From contig JAHIPV010000001.1 in assembly GCA_018902845.1 (NCBI GenBank), forward strand, positions 12,124 through 76,123: a stretch of DNA of 64,000 nucleotides, written 5' to 3'. Made by a program: the position numbers and the translations under genes. The notes under the pieces were generated by a model. The model did no database searches. It was not told the DNA's origin and saw only the letters and a program-made list of their open reading frames with translations. Source of the stretch: Patescibacteria group bacterium. Lineage in GTDB: Bacteria > Patescibacteriota > Microgenomatia > UBA12405. Every line of letters starts with the position of its first letter. Position 1 is the stretch's first letter. Shown in pieces: positions 1 to 9,040 of this stretch.

Positions 1-181
1 AACAGAAATATCAAAAGAAAAGAAACCAAAAACATTTCCTGCCAACCGTCAAATTGCCAAACAAGGAGGTAAAATCGCCGGTAATACTAGGAAAGAAATA
101 GAAAAACAAACAGGAAAAAAAATTGTTTCCTCTAAAAACATCAAACAATTAAGAAGTCAGAAATTAAAAAAATTAAATTAA
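1..181 (+). CDS. 3' end of Bro-N/antirepressor-like protein (partial), paralog of 8167..9009
   Basis: Frame 2 reads TEISKEKKPKTFPANRQIAKQGGKIAGNTRKEIEKQTG..., matching the C-terminus of the 8167 ORF (TEISKKKKPETFKQNRQIAKKGGQIAG); stop TAA 179-181. Confidence 0.8.
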   Translation, partial: TEISKEKKPKTFPANRQIAKQGGKIAGNTRKEIEKQTGKKIVSSKNIKQLRSQKLKKLN

Positions 182-185
182 CACT

Positions 186-893
186 ATGAAGACAAAAATA
201 ATTGCCACCATTGGCCCAGCTACTTTAAACAAAGACATTTTTAACCGACTCATTGACGCCGGCGTTGATTACATCAGAATCAACAGTGCTTATGGAGACT
301 ATAATCAATACGACCAAATTTTAAACAATCTAAAAAATCACCCCAGAGCCAAACAAATTAAAACAATTTTTGATATCAAATCACCCACTGTTTTGGATTA
401 TTTTACCAAAAACAAACTTGATATTATTGCTATTTCTTTTACAGAATCCGCCAATCAAATCAAAAAAATAAAACAATTGGCTCCAAAATCTCAAATTATT
501 TCCAAAATAGAATCCAAAAATGGTCTAAAAAACTTTTGCCAAATTTTACCTGAAACTTGGGGAGTAATGGTAGCTAGGGGGGATTTGGAAAAAGCAGTTT
601 CTTTGGAAAAAGTTCCTTGTCTTCAAAAAGGTATTTGTCAACAGGCCATAGCTCAAAATAAATTTTTAGTTGTTGCCACCGAAATGCTTTTAACCATGGT
701 CAACGAAGATAATCCCACTTTAGCCGAAGCTTCTGATATTGCCAATGCTATTTTTGATAAAGTTTCGGCCGTCATGCTTTCAGAAGAAACGGCCATAGGC
801 AAATATCCGACTAAATCGGTTCAATGGATGAAAAAAATCGTCAAAAGCACCGAAGAATGCGTTTACGATTCCTGCAGTCTCATTTCTTGGTAA
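186..893 (+). CDS. pyk: Pyruvate kinase, short form (catalytic barrel only)
   Basis: TKIIATIGPA, SKIES, MVARGDL, ATEML, D..MLSEETAIGKYP motifs. Confidence 0.85.
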   Translation: MKTKIIATIGPATLNKDIFNRLIDAGVDYIRINSAYGDYNQYDQILNNLKNHPRAKQIKTIFDIKSPTVLDYFTKNKLDIIAISFTESANQIKKIKQLAPKSQIISKIESKNGLKNFCQILPETWGVMVARGDLEKAVSLEKVPCLQKGICQQAIAQNKFLVVATEMLLTMVNEDNPTLAEASDIANAIFDKVSAVMLSEETAIGKYPTKSVQWMKKIVKSTEECVYDSCSLISW

Positions 894-907
894 ACAAAAA
901 CTTCCGC

Positions 908-958
908 TTGACAACTCCATCAACTTGATTTACAATTAGTACATAAAACATACTAATT
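908..958 (+). promoter_or_regulatory. Sigma70 promoter plus operator of the AbiE operon
   Basis: TTGACA 908-913, 17 bp, TACAAT 931-936; inverted repeat AATTAGTA-N9-TACTAATT 934-958. Confidence 0.7.
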
Positions 959-1600
959 ATGAATCAAGTACAAAATCTAAAAAAACTAGAAAATCTCAGT
1001 TATTTCGATAAAAACACTCTGTCGCAATATACTGATCTTTCTGATAATTCTCTCTATACAAATATCAATCGATGGATAAAAAATGAAAAAATTATCCAAC
1101 TCAAAAAAGGTTTATATGTCACCGGTTCTTATTTCAATAAACTTGCCGACAAAGATATTTATATTGAATTTATCGCCAACAAACTCAAAACCCCTTCTTA
1201 TCTTAGTTTAGAATATGTGCTCAACAAATATAGTATTTTGACCCAAGCTATTTTTTCTCACACCTCCATTACTCTTAAATCAAAAAAAACTTTTTCAAAT
1301 AAATTTGGAACTTTTCTTTACAAAAACATAAAAGACGATCTTTTTACTGGATATCAAATAATAAAAAAGGGCCAATTTGAAATTAAACAAGCTACAAAAG
1401 CAAAAGCTCTATTTGATTATCTTTATCAAAAAACCTGTAAAACTAAAGACATTACCAAAGGTCTTTTATTATCATATAGACTAAACCTTGACGAATTTAC
1501 CAATAAAAACATAAAAGAATTTTCAATTTATTGCCAAAAAGCAAAAATCAAAAAATACGAAACTTTACCCAATTTAATAAAAGAGCTACATGATTATTAA
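959..1600 (+). CDS. Type IV TA antitoxin, AbiEi-like transcriptional regulator
   Basis: wHTH IIQLKKGLY, PSYLSLEYVL, KALFDYLY; overlaps the downstream toxin. Confidence 0.8.
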   Translation: MNQVQNLKKLENLSYFDKNTLSQYTDLSDNSLYTNINRWIKNEKIIQLKKGLYVTGSYFNKLADKDIYIEFIANKLKTPSYLSLEYVLNKYSILTQAIFSHTSITLKSKKTFSNKFGTFLYKNIKDDLFTGYQIIKKGQFEIKQATKAKALFDYLYQKTCKTKDITKGLLLSYRLNLDEFTNKNIKEFSIYCQKAKIKKYETLPNLIKELHDY

Positions 1601-2402
1601 AGAACTGGAAAAGATAGTCCAAGAAGAAAAAGCAAAAAACTCACTTGGTTTATATATACGCAACCTGCTTAAAGAATATCTTCAGGTTTACATACTCTAT
1701 TATATTTACACTTCAAAAGAGTATCAAAAGAACTTAATTTTTACCGGAGGAACATGTTTACGCCATTTTTATAATCTTGAGCGTCTTTCCGAAGATCTTG
1801 ATTTTGACTATATAAAAGAATTTGACACAAAAATACTGCAACAAAGCATAACTGATTTTTTTGCCAAAAAATACAAATACAAAATCCTAAGTTCCTTAAA
1901 ACAGCAAGGTAGACAACTCCTTTTAAAATTTCCTGTTTTGCATAGTTTGGGTCTAGCAACAAAAGAAGAGAGTGATTTACTTTATGTCAAAATTGATTTA
2001 TCAAAGAACCCATCAAAACATTACAAAAGTATAGTTAGTTCAAAAAGCAAATTTGGATTTAATTTTGTTGCCATACATTATGATTTAAGTAATTTAATGA
2101 CAGGTAAAATTCATGCTATTTTAACTCGCCAATTTCTAAAAGGCAGAGATTATTTTGATTTGCTTTTTTTCTTAAAAAATTCAACTCAGCCAAATCTCAA
2201 AAGATTATCTGATATCTTAAACCAAAAGATAACAAAGAAAAAGTTAGAAAAAATTCTGGACAAAAAAGTAGAAGAATTAACCACAAAATACAAAAATCAA
2301 TTTCAATCCGATCTAGCCCCTCTTATCAAAAACCCAGATACTTTAGATCTATACATCAACAACTACAAAAACGAATACCTCCGTAATAAAAAATACACTT
2401 AA
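1590..2402 (+). CDS. AbiEii/AbiGii family nucleotidyltransferase toxin
   Basis: FTGGTCLRHFY..RLSEDLDF, K..A..R..GRDYFD motifs. Confidence 0.85.
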   Translation: MIIKELEKIVQEEKAKNSLGLYIRNLLKEYLQVYILYYIYTSKEYQKNLIFTGGTCLRHFYNLERLSEDLDFDYIKEFDTKILQQSITDFFAKKYKYKILSSLKQQGRQLLLKFPVLHSLGLATKEESDLLYVKIDLSKNPSKHYKSIVSSKSKFGFNFVAIHYDLSNLMTGKIHAILTRQFLKGRDYFDLLFFLKNSTQPNLKRLSDILNQKITKKKLEKILDKKVEELTTKYKNQFQSDLAPLIKNPDTLDLYINNYKNEYLRNKKYT

Positions 2403-2408
2403 AAATTT

Positions 2409-3572
2409 CTAAAACAACCCGCCCAATTTTTCCCAGCCAACAACTGTCCCTAGTGACCTTTTTTGCCCCTCATTTCCTCCATAAACAACAAAAGAATTTT
2501 TTGGATCAGTTTTACTTAAATTTTGCCAATAGGAAAGATTTTTAAAAAAATTAGATGAAATAGTTTGTCCTGACTTTATTTCAACAGCTTTAATTTTTCC
2601 ACCTTCTTCAATTAAGCAATCTATTTCATGTCCGCTTTTATCCCTAAAATAACTAAGATTCATTATTTTCCCTCTATTAAAACGATTTTTAACCAATTCC
2701 GATATTACAAATGTTTCAAACAAGGATCCACGCAAAGGGTGGGTAATTAATTGTCTTTTGTTTTCTATTCCCAAAAGCGAACAAGCCAAGCCGGTATCAT
2801 AAAAATATAATTTTGGTGATTTAATCAATCTTTTATTAAAGTTTTTTCTATAAGGCGGTAGTAAATAAATAATATAACTGGCCTCAAGTATCGAAAGCCA
2901 TGAATTTGCCGTATTGTGACTAATACCACAGTCATTTGCAAAAGAAGAAAGACTCAAAATTTGTCCTGTTCTGCCGGCGCAAAGTCGTAAAAACCGTTGA
3001 AATAGTCGCAAATTATTTACATTTTTAATTTGTCGCACATCGCGCTCAAGGTAAGTCTGAACATAGTTAATATACCAATCGAAAGCATTAAGTTTTTTAT
3101 CCCAAATTCGAGGATAAAAACCGGTAAATAAAACAGAATCAAGATTATTACCAAAAACAATTTTACTGTTTTTAAGTTCTTCAAATCCAAAAGGGAGAAG
3201 CGATAAAATGCCAACACGACCAGCCAGACTTTGAGAAATTTTTTCCATAAGCAAAAAATTCTGCGATCCGGAAAGAACATACATCCCGTTTTTGCCTATT
3301 TCATCTGTAAGTGTTTGTAGATACGAAAAAAGTCGAGGTACTTTTTGTATTTCATCAAAAATTACAGGTGCTGGAAAAGTAGCCAAGAATCTTTTTGGAT
3401 CTTCCTCTGCAAAAGCTCTTTTATCTGGATCTTCCAAAGAAACATAAGTTCGTTTTGGAAATAAATGTTTTAAAAGTGTTGTTTTCCCGGATTGACGCGG
3501 ACCTGTAATAGTTACAATCGGAAAAGATTTTAAATAACCTTTAATTTTTTTGCTTAATTCTCTTTTAATCAT
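2409..3572 (-). CDS. AAA+ ATPase with DUF4143 and C-terminal nuclease-like domain
   Basis: GPRQSGKTT, FDEIQ, SGSQ, KSPKLYFYDTGL, EIDC..AVEIKS. Confidence 0.85.
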   Translation of the reverse strand: MIKRELSKKIKGYLKSFPIVTITGPRQSGKTTLLKHLFPKRTYVSLEDPDKRAFAEEDPKRFLATFPAPVIFDEIQKVPRLFSYLQTLTDEIGKNGMYVLSGSQNFLLMEKISQSLAGRVGILSLLPFGFEELKNSKIVFGNNLDSVLFTGFYPRIWDKKLNAFDWYINYVQTYLERDVRQIKNVNNLRLFQRFLRLCAGRTGQILSLSSFANDCGISHNTANSWLSILEASYIIYLLPPYRKNFNKRLIKSPKLYFYDTGLACSLLGIENKRQLITHPLRGSLFETFVISELVKNRFNRGKIMNLSYFRDKSGHEIDCLIEEGGKIKAVEIKSGQTISSNFFKNLSYWQNLSKTDPKNSFVVYGGNEGQKRSLGTVVGWEKLGGLF

Positions 3573-3580
3573 ATAAAACG

Positions 3581-3629
3581 AGTATAAGCCATACTGGACA
3601 AATTGTCAATCTAATTCTCAATTTGTCCA
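3581..3629 (-). promoter_or_regulatory. Promoter and inverted-repeat operator of the AAA ATPase gene
   Basis: Minus strand TTGACA (3604-3609), 17 bp, TATACT (3581-3586); 11-bp inverted repeat TGGACAAATTG-N13-CAATTTGTCCA 3595-3629. Confidence 0.65.
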
Positions 3630-3686
3630 AAACTCCAATCACAAATTTATTGCTGATAGTTTATTTGATTTATAATTACTATAAAC

Positions 3687-3840
3687 ATGAATTTAAACAA
3701 TATAAAAATCAGAATTCTAAAACAAACCAAAAAATATTTCTTTTATCGATTGTGCCAACCTTGTCGCTATAAAACATTACAACCTAGACAAAATCTTCTC
3801 CTTCGACAAATTTTATCCAAAAACCCTCCATTTTTGTTAA
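3687..3840 (+). pseudogene. Remnant of a PIN/VapC toxin gene
   Basis: Frame from 3721 reads NKPKNISFIDCANLVAIKHYNLDKIFSFDKFY (PIN C-terminal half) with an in-frame stop just upstream; ATG 3687 is in another frame. Confidence 0.65.
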
Positions 3841-3852
3841 AATACATTCACT

Positions 3853-3923
3853 GACACGGTGGCCGAGCGGTTAGGCAATGGTCTGCAAAACCATGTAGGC
3901 GGGTTCAACTCCCGCTCGTGTCT
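3853..3923 (+). tRNA. tRNA-Cys(GCA), CCA not encoded
   Basis: Acceptor GACACGG/TCGTGTC, anticodon arm ATGGT-CTGCAAA-ACCAT, T-arm GCGGG-TTCAACT-CCCGC, U73. Confidence 0.95.
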
Positions 3924-3945
3924 CATTTTTACTGTAAAATAGGCA

Positions 3946-4938
3946 ATGGTTGTTACTCCAAAAATTACCATTGGAATTGTTACCCATAATTGTCTCAAGT
4001 ACACCAAGCTGTTTCTAAAATACCTAAGACTTAATGCCGATATTCCCTACCAGCTTATTGTTATTGATAACCACTCCACTGACGGCACTGTTGATTACCT
4101 GTCCAAGCAAAAGGATCTATTGTTAGTAGCTAATAAAAGAAACTATGGTTTTGCTTATGCCAATAATCAGGCATTTAGCAGAAGCAAAACTCCTCTTTTT
4201 TTAGGGGTTAACAACGATACAGTAATTTTCCCCAGATTTTTAAGTCGATTAGTTACTTATGTTAAGAAATATCCAAGATATTCTCAATTCGGTGTCTACT
4301 CTAACTGCATTGCCGCTCTCAACCCCTATACTCGACAACCAATAGACAAAGAAATCAAACAGAGTTTTGAAGAATCTGTTTCTCCTGCAAATATTGTTAA
4401 GCAATATTACGGCGATATGAATCAATTTTCACAAAAATTTGCTCAATCTAATCCTGGTATTCAAATACTTGAGACTCCTCCACACTTTACCGGTGGCTGG
4501 TGTTTTTTGGTTCGTGCTCAAGAAGTCAAACAAGTTGGAGGTCTTTTTGATACTCGTTTTAAAATTGGTTTTTGGGAAGATGTTGATTTAAGCTGGCGTT
4601 TAGCCAAAATTGGCAAAATCGTTCATCTTAATAATCTTTATATTCATCACTTTGCTAACATCTCTTTTAAAAACAATAAACTTAAAAAATCAAATCATGC
4701 CATCAGTCGGGCTAATGCCCTCCGTTTTGCCGAAAAATGGAGCCAAGATATCAGGTCGTTTTTTAAATCAAAGTTTAGCCAAGGACTTACTCTCAAAGAC
4801 ATTACCAAGAAATATTTTATTTTTAAAGCATATTTTGGATCCGAAGACGACTTGGGTGACAAAGAAAGCAAATTAAAATCGGAATTTATCAATAGCAAGA
4901 TCGGTTTTAAAGACTTTTTGCTAAGCAGTAAGAAATAA
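3946..4938 (+). CDS. Family 2 glycosyltransferase
   Basis: IVIDNHSTDGT, N.GFAYANN, NNDT, GLFD..F..EDVDL. Confidence 0.9.
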   Translation: MVVTPKITIGIVTHNCLKYTKLFLKYLRLNADIPYQLIVIDNHSTDGTVDYLSKQKDLLLVANKRNYGFAYANNQAFSRSKTPLFLGVNNDTVIFPRFLSRLVTYVKKYPRYSQFGVYSNCIAALNPYTRQPIDKEIKQSFEESVSPANIVKQYYGDMNQFSQKFAQSNPGIQILETPPHFTGGWCFLVRAQEVKQVGGLFDTRFKIGFWEDVDLSWRLAKIGKIVHLNNLYIHHFANISFKNNKLKKSNHAISRANALRFAEKWSQDIRSFFKSKFSQGLTLKDITKKYFIFKAYFGSEDDLGDKESKLKSEFINSKIGFKDFLLSSKK

Positions 4939-4947
4939 AGCGTCTCA

Positions 4948-5139
4948 CTATTTTCCTGTTCTCACTTTTACATTTTCCGGTCTTATTAACATTTCTCTTA
5001 ACGATTCCGCCCCAGTATTAGTGCCTCTGCATTGCGGACACACATCTCTTGGTGGAAAAATTTTTATCCCACAATCTTCACATACCTCACCAGCCAATCT
5101 GTATCTTTGTTGTTGTAATCTCCAATCCCCGATAATCAT
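4948..5139 (-). CDS. Small Zn-ribbon protein (DUF35 N-terminal/rubredoxin-like)
   Basis: WR...RYRLAG..CEDCG..FPPRDVCPQC. Confidence 0.7.
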   Translation of the reverse strand: MIIGDWRLQQQRYRLAGEVCEDCGIKIFPPRDVCPQCRGTNTGAESLREMLIRPENVKVRTGK

Positions 5140-5145
5140 TTTTTC

Positions 5146-5499
5146 TCAAACCCCATCTACAAACAAATCAATCTGATTCCCCCCCAAAACTTTTACTGTC
5201 CAAAAAAGCAAATAAGCAAAAATCAAAACTTCAATTACCATAGTCAATCCAAAAATCATTCCCACCGAACTCAAAATTTGCCCATAAAACCAATAATCGG
5301 TTACTACTCTGGCGCTTATATACATCAACACCGGAAATAGGGCTGTAGCGCTAATCAACAAAAACTGAGATTTATCTCTTTTTGCTTTTATGGTTCTTAA
5401 GGTCAAAAAAGGTTGATAACTCAAAAGATATAAATTACAACACCAACCCCAAACCTGTCTAATTATCAACAAAACACTTAATTTAATTATTTTCTTCAT
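5146..5499 (-). CDS. Hypothetical membrane protein (possible anti-sigma factor)
   Basis: Hydrophobic segments; overlaps the 3' end of the sigma gene. Confidence 0.6.
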   Translation of the reverse strand: MKKIIKLSVLLIIRQVWGWCCNLYLLSYQPFLTLRTIKAKRDKSQFLLISATALFPVLMYISARVVTDYWFYGQILSSVGMIFGLTMVIEVLIFAYLLFWTVKVLGGNQIDLFVDGV

Positions 5500-5974
5500 G
5501 TATTTTTTTAAACTTTCTTCTGGCTCTTAACAACCTTGACTCCACCGCCTTAACGCTGATTTCTAATTTTTTTGCAATTTCTTTAACCTTTAACCCGTCT
5601 ATATATTTAAGTCGCAATATTTTTCTATATCCTTCGCTTACTCTTCTAAAAGTTTCTTTTATTTCTTCCTTTAACTCATTTTTAAGGCTATTTCCTTCCG
5701 GTCCTAAAGCCTTTTGTGCCACCCCCTCAATTCCGGGCATAGCCGAAAACAAAACGGTTTTTAATTTCTTTTTTCTGTAATAATCAATAATTTTATGTTT
5801 GGCAATACCACAAAGCCAGCTAAATTCGCTTGATTTTCTCGAAAAACTTGGTAGAGAATTCCATCCTGCCAAAAGTATCGTGTTTACCAATTCTTCTACA
5901 TCTTCGTCCTTGTCAACCTTTTTCCTTACAAATCCATTAATACTTTTGTAGTATTTCTCGTAAAATTCCTTCAT
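5483..5974 (-). CDS. ECF-type sigma-70 factor
   Basis: Region 2 (EELV..F.SWL.GIAKHKIIDYYR) and region 4 (LKYIDGL..KEIA..AVESRLLRAR); start uncertain (5995 or 5974). Confidence 0.85.
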   Translation of the reverse strand: MKEFYEKYYKSINGFVRKKVDKDEDVEELVNTILLAGWNSLPSFSRKSSEFSWLCGIAKHKIIDYYRKKKLKTVLFSAMPGIEGVAQKALGPEGNSLKNELKEEIKETFRRVSEGYRKILRLKYIDGLKVKEIAKKLEISVKAVESRLLRARRKFKKIHEENN

Positions 5975-6027
5975 CCCCTTGATTTTACCAACCATTCAAT
6001 GCTTTAATTACTAAGAAAGGGAATATT

Positions 6028-6303
6028 ATGGGAAACTTAATGAGTATAAGCAGTAATTTTGATATCGCTTTTTTTTCTCGCACTCTTCTTTTGGGTTTCA
6101 TCATATTTGGCCTCATGCTCATCATAATGACTATTCTTTTTGGCCTTTCTATTAAAGAAATCAACAACAAAAAAAACAGAATAATAGTTTCAATTATTCT
6201 TTGTCTCTCTCTTTCCTTTTTGATTAACCGTTTAAACAGTCCAAATCACTTTTCCTCTAAAGCCACTGATCAGCCACCAATTCCTGACATACAGACACCT
6301 TAA
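6028..6303 (+). CDS. Hypothetical small membrane protein
   Basis: Two predicted TM helices, fills the intergenic gap. Confidence 0.55.
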   Translation: MGNLMSISSNFDIAFFSRTLLLGFIIFGLMLIIMTILFGLSIKEINNKKNRIIVSIILCLSLSFLINRLNSPNHFSSKATDQPPIPDIQTP

Positions 6304-6327
6304 CCTTTTTCAATGTAATATTAATTA

Positions 6328-7194
6328 ATGAATCTCTTTTTTTCTCCGCAAACCAAAAAACTCCAAAAGTTATCATGGCAATTAAGACAAGATCTTATAG
6401 ACATGTCCTATTATGCCGGCCATATTCATATTGGCGGATCTCTCTCCGCTCTTGATCTTATTCTTTCGGTATATCTTTCGGATATTTTCAATTTTTCCCA
6501 AAACAAGCGAATGCGAAGTCCGCCTGTGGTGGACGCATCAAAGAGAACAGACGATAATTTTATTCTCTCTCCGGGCCACACTTGCCCCGCTCTTTATGTA
6601 GTTTTAGCTTATCTCAAATATTTCTCAAAAGTAGAATTAAAAAATTACAATAAAATGGGATCTATCCTACAAGGTCATGTATCAAAAGATGTCCCTGGTG
6701 TTCTTTATTCTTCCGGTTCTTTGGGGCAGGGTCTTTCTTTTGCCTCTGGTTTAGCTCTTGCCGATAAACTAGACAAGAAAAGCCGATACACCATATGTTT
6801 AACTTCTGACGGTGAACACCAAGAAGGTCAAATATGGGAAGCCCTTATGTTTGCCAATAAATATAAACTCAATAAACTAATCAACATTGTTGATTGCAAC
6901 AAATATCAAATAAATGGCTCTACCCAAGATATTATGCCCCTTGACGATCTGGCCGCCAAATATATCCATTTTGGCTGGACTGTAAAAGAAGTAAATGGTC
7001 ACGATTTTAATCAAATTACAAAAATGCTAAAACTAGCCAAACAATCAGATCGCCCCGTTTGTATTATCGCTCATACAACTTTTGGCAAAGGAATTTCTTT
7101 TATGCAGTACGATTACAACTTTCACAGTCTTGACCGTTTAACCGATTTTCAATACAAAAAAGCCCAAAAAGAAATTAAAAACCACCTTAAATAA
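6328..7194 (+). CDS. Transketolase, N-terminal (TPP-binding) subunit
   Basis: HIGGSLS, LSPGH, LQGH, SGSLGQG, SDGEHQEGQIWEA. Confidence 0.92.
   Translation: MNLFFSPQTKKLQKLSWQLRQDLIDMSYYAGHIHIGGSLSALDLILSVYLSDIFNFSQNKRMRSPPVVDASKRTDDNFILSPGHTCPALYVVLAYLKYFSKVELKNYNKMGSILQGHVSKDVPGVLYSSGSLGQGLSFASGLALADKLDKKSRYTICLTSDGEHQEGQIWEALMFANKYKLNKLINIVDCNKYQINGSTQDIMPLDDLAAKYIHFGWTVKEVNGHDFNQITKMLKLAKQSDRPVCIIAHTTFGKGISFMQYDYNFHSLDRLTDFQYKKAQKEIKNHLK
6507..6538. repeat. GC-rich palindromic element in-frame in transketolase
   Basis: ATGCG-AA-GTCCGCC-TGT-GGTGGAC-GCAT hairpin; extra peptide RMRSPPVVDAS. Confidence 0.6.
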
Positions 7195-7195
7195 T

Positions 7196-8143
7196 ATGTC
7201 AAATAAAAAACCAACACTATCATCCACCCGCCAAGCTTTTGGTGACACTCTTAACCTTATGGCTTCCAAAAATAAAAACATTTTTGTTGTTTCGGTCGAT
7301 CTTAAATCATCTCTCAAATTATCGAAATTTGCCAAAAAATATCCAAACAGATTTATTGAATGTGGAGTAGCCGAACAAAACGCCACTGCTATAGCCGCAG
7401 GTCTGGCTAAATCAGGCAAAACTGTTTTTTTGTGTTCTTATTCTTCCTTCTCTCCGGCCATAAATTGGGCCGTTATCAAGCAATCAATTTGTTACAACAA
7501 TTGCAATGTAAAAATAATTAGTGCTCATTCTGGTCTGTTGACTTCAGCCTATGGTGCTACCCATCAAATGTTGGAAGATATTGCTCTAGTACGGGTTTTG
7601 CCAAACATGGAAGTTTTTTCTCCCTGTGATGCCATAGAGACAAAAAAAATTATCAGTGTCGTGGCCAACAGTAAAACCCCTGCTTATGTCCGTCTCGTCC
7701 GTCCCGACACTCCCTTGTTTTTTGACAAAAAACTATCTTTCACTATTGGTAAATCTCATGTATTAAAAAAAGGCAAAGACATAACTATTTTGGGCCACGG
7801 TCCAATTTTGCATTCTGCTTTTCAAATCCATAATCAATCATTAGCCAAACTTTCCTTAGAAATTATCAACTGTTCCTCCATAAAACCGCTTGATTCAAAA
7901 ACTATCCTAAAAAGTGTTAAAAAAACCGGCAGGTTGATTGTAATAGAAGATCACCAAAAAATTGGTGGATTGGGCGAGGCTATTGCACACTTGTTGCTGG
8001 AAAACAATTTATCGCCAAAATTTATTCATCTTGCCGTTGATAATCAGTTTGGTCAATCAGCCCGCCACTGTCAAGAACTTTACGATTACTATAATATTGG
8101 TATTAAAGCTTTAACATCCGCAATCAAAAAAATTATTTCTTAA
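7196..8143 (+). CDS. Transketolase, C-terminal subunit
   Basis: ECGVAEQN, GATHQ, YVRLVR, IEDHQKIGGLG. Confidence 0.92.
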   Translation: MSNKKPTLSSTRQAFGDTLNLMASKNKNIFVVSVDLKSSLKLSKFAKKYPNRFIECGVAEQNATAIAAGLAKSGKTVFLCSYSSFSPAINWAVIKQSICYNNCNVKIISAHSGLLTSAYGATHQMLEDIALVRVLPNMEVFSPCDAIETKKIISVVANSKTPAYVRLVRPDTPLFFDKKLSFTIGKSHVLKKGKDITILGHGPILHSAFQIHNQSLAKLSLEIINCSSIKPLDSKTILKSVKKTGRLIVIEDHQKIGGLGEAIAHLLLENNLSPKFIHLAVDNQFGQSARHCQELYDYYNIGIKALTSAIKKIIS

Positions 8144-8166
8144 TTCTTAATTTTTCATAAAACATC

Positions 8167-9009
8167 ATGAGCAAAAAAGACAACTCAGCCATTTTTTTCA
8201 ATCAAAAACACATTCGTCGTCATTGGGATCAAAACAAAGAATTATGGTATTTTTCGATTATAGATATAATTGAAATTTTGACAGACAGCCCAAGACCAAG
8301 GAAATACTGGCACGCTTTGAAAATCAAATTAAAGGGAGAAGGAAGTCAACTGTCCCAAAAAATGGGACAGTTGAAAATGAAAGCCCAAGATGGAAAAATG
8401 AGGCCAACTGATGTTTTGGACACCGAAAATCTTTTAAGACTTATCCAGTCCATTCCTTCTCCTAAGGTCGAACCGTTTAAACTCTGGCTAGCCAAGGTTG
8501 GTTATCAAAGAATTGAAGAAACCGAAGACCCAGAACTAGCCATTAATAGGGCTATGCAAACTTACCTCAAAAAAGGCTATTCCAAAGACTGGATTAATCA
8601 AAGATTAAAGACAATTGAAGTTAGAAAAGAATTGACCAATGAATGGCAAAACAGAGGCGTCAATCAAGGAATGGAATTTGCTATTTTAACTGATGAAATC
8701 ACCAAGGCATGGTCAGGTAAATCAGTTAAGCAGTATAAACAATTTAAAAAACTCAAAAAACAAAATCTTAGAGATAATATGACCAATTTAGAGTTAATTT
8801 TAAACATGTTGGCCGAAGCTACGACAACAGAAATTTCCAAAAAAAAGAAACCTGAAACCTTTAAACAAAATCGTCAAATAGCTAAAAAAGGAGGCCAAAT
8901 AGCCGGACAAGCCAGACGGGGTATTGAAGCCCAAACTGGACATAGTTTAATCTCTCCCAAAAACACTAATCATTTACAGCTTTCAAATTTAAAAAAAATT
9001 AACCCTTAA
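8167..9009 (+). CDS. Bro-N domain / phage antirepressor-like protein
   Basis: IRRHWD..WYFSIIDII, RKYW..LK, DGKMR.TD, RLIQSIPSPK.EPFKLWLA. Confidence 0.8.
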   Translation: MSKKDNSAIFFNQKHIRRHWDQNKELWYFSIIDIIEILTDSPRPRKYWHALKIKLKGEGSQLSQKMGQLKMKAQDGKMRPTDVLDTENLLRLIQSIPSPKVEPFKLWLAKVGYQRIEETEDPELAINRAMQTYLKKGYSKDWINQRLKTIEVRKELTNEWQNRGVNQGMEFAILTDEITKAWSGKSVKQYKQFKKLKKQNLRDNMTNLELILNMLAEATTTEISKKKKPETFKQNRQIAKKGGQIAGQARRGIEAQTGHSLISPKNTNHLQLSNLKKINP

Positions 9010-9040
9010 CCCTTATTTTTTTAATTCTTAATTAATCACT

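Noticed and set aside
8167-9009. Prophage implied by Bro-N/antirepressor genes
   Set aside because: No integrase, terminase or structural genes; flanked by metabolic genes
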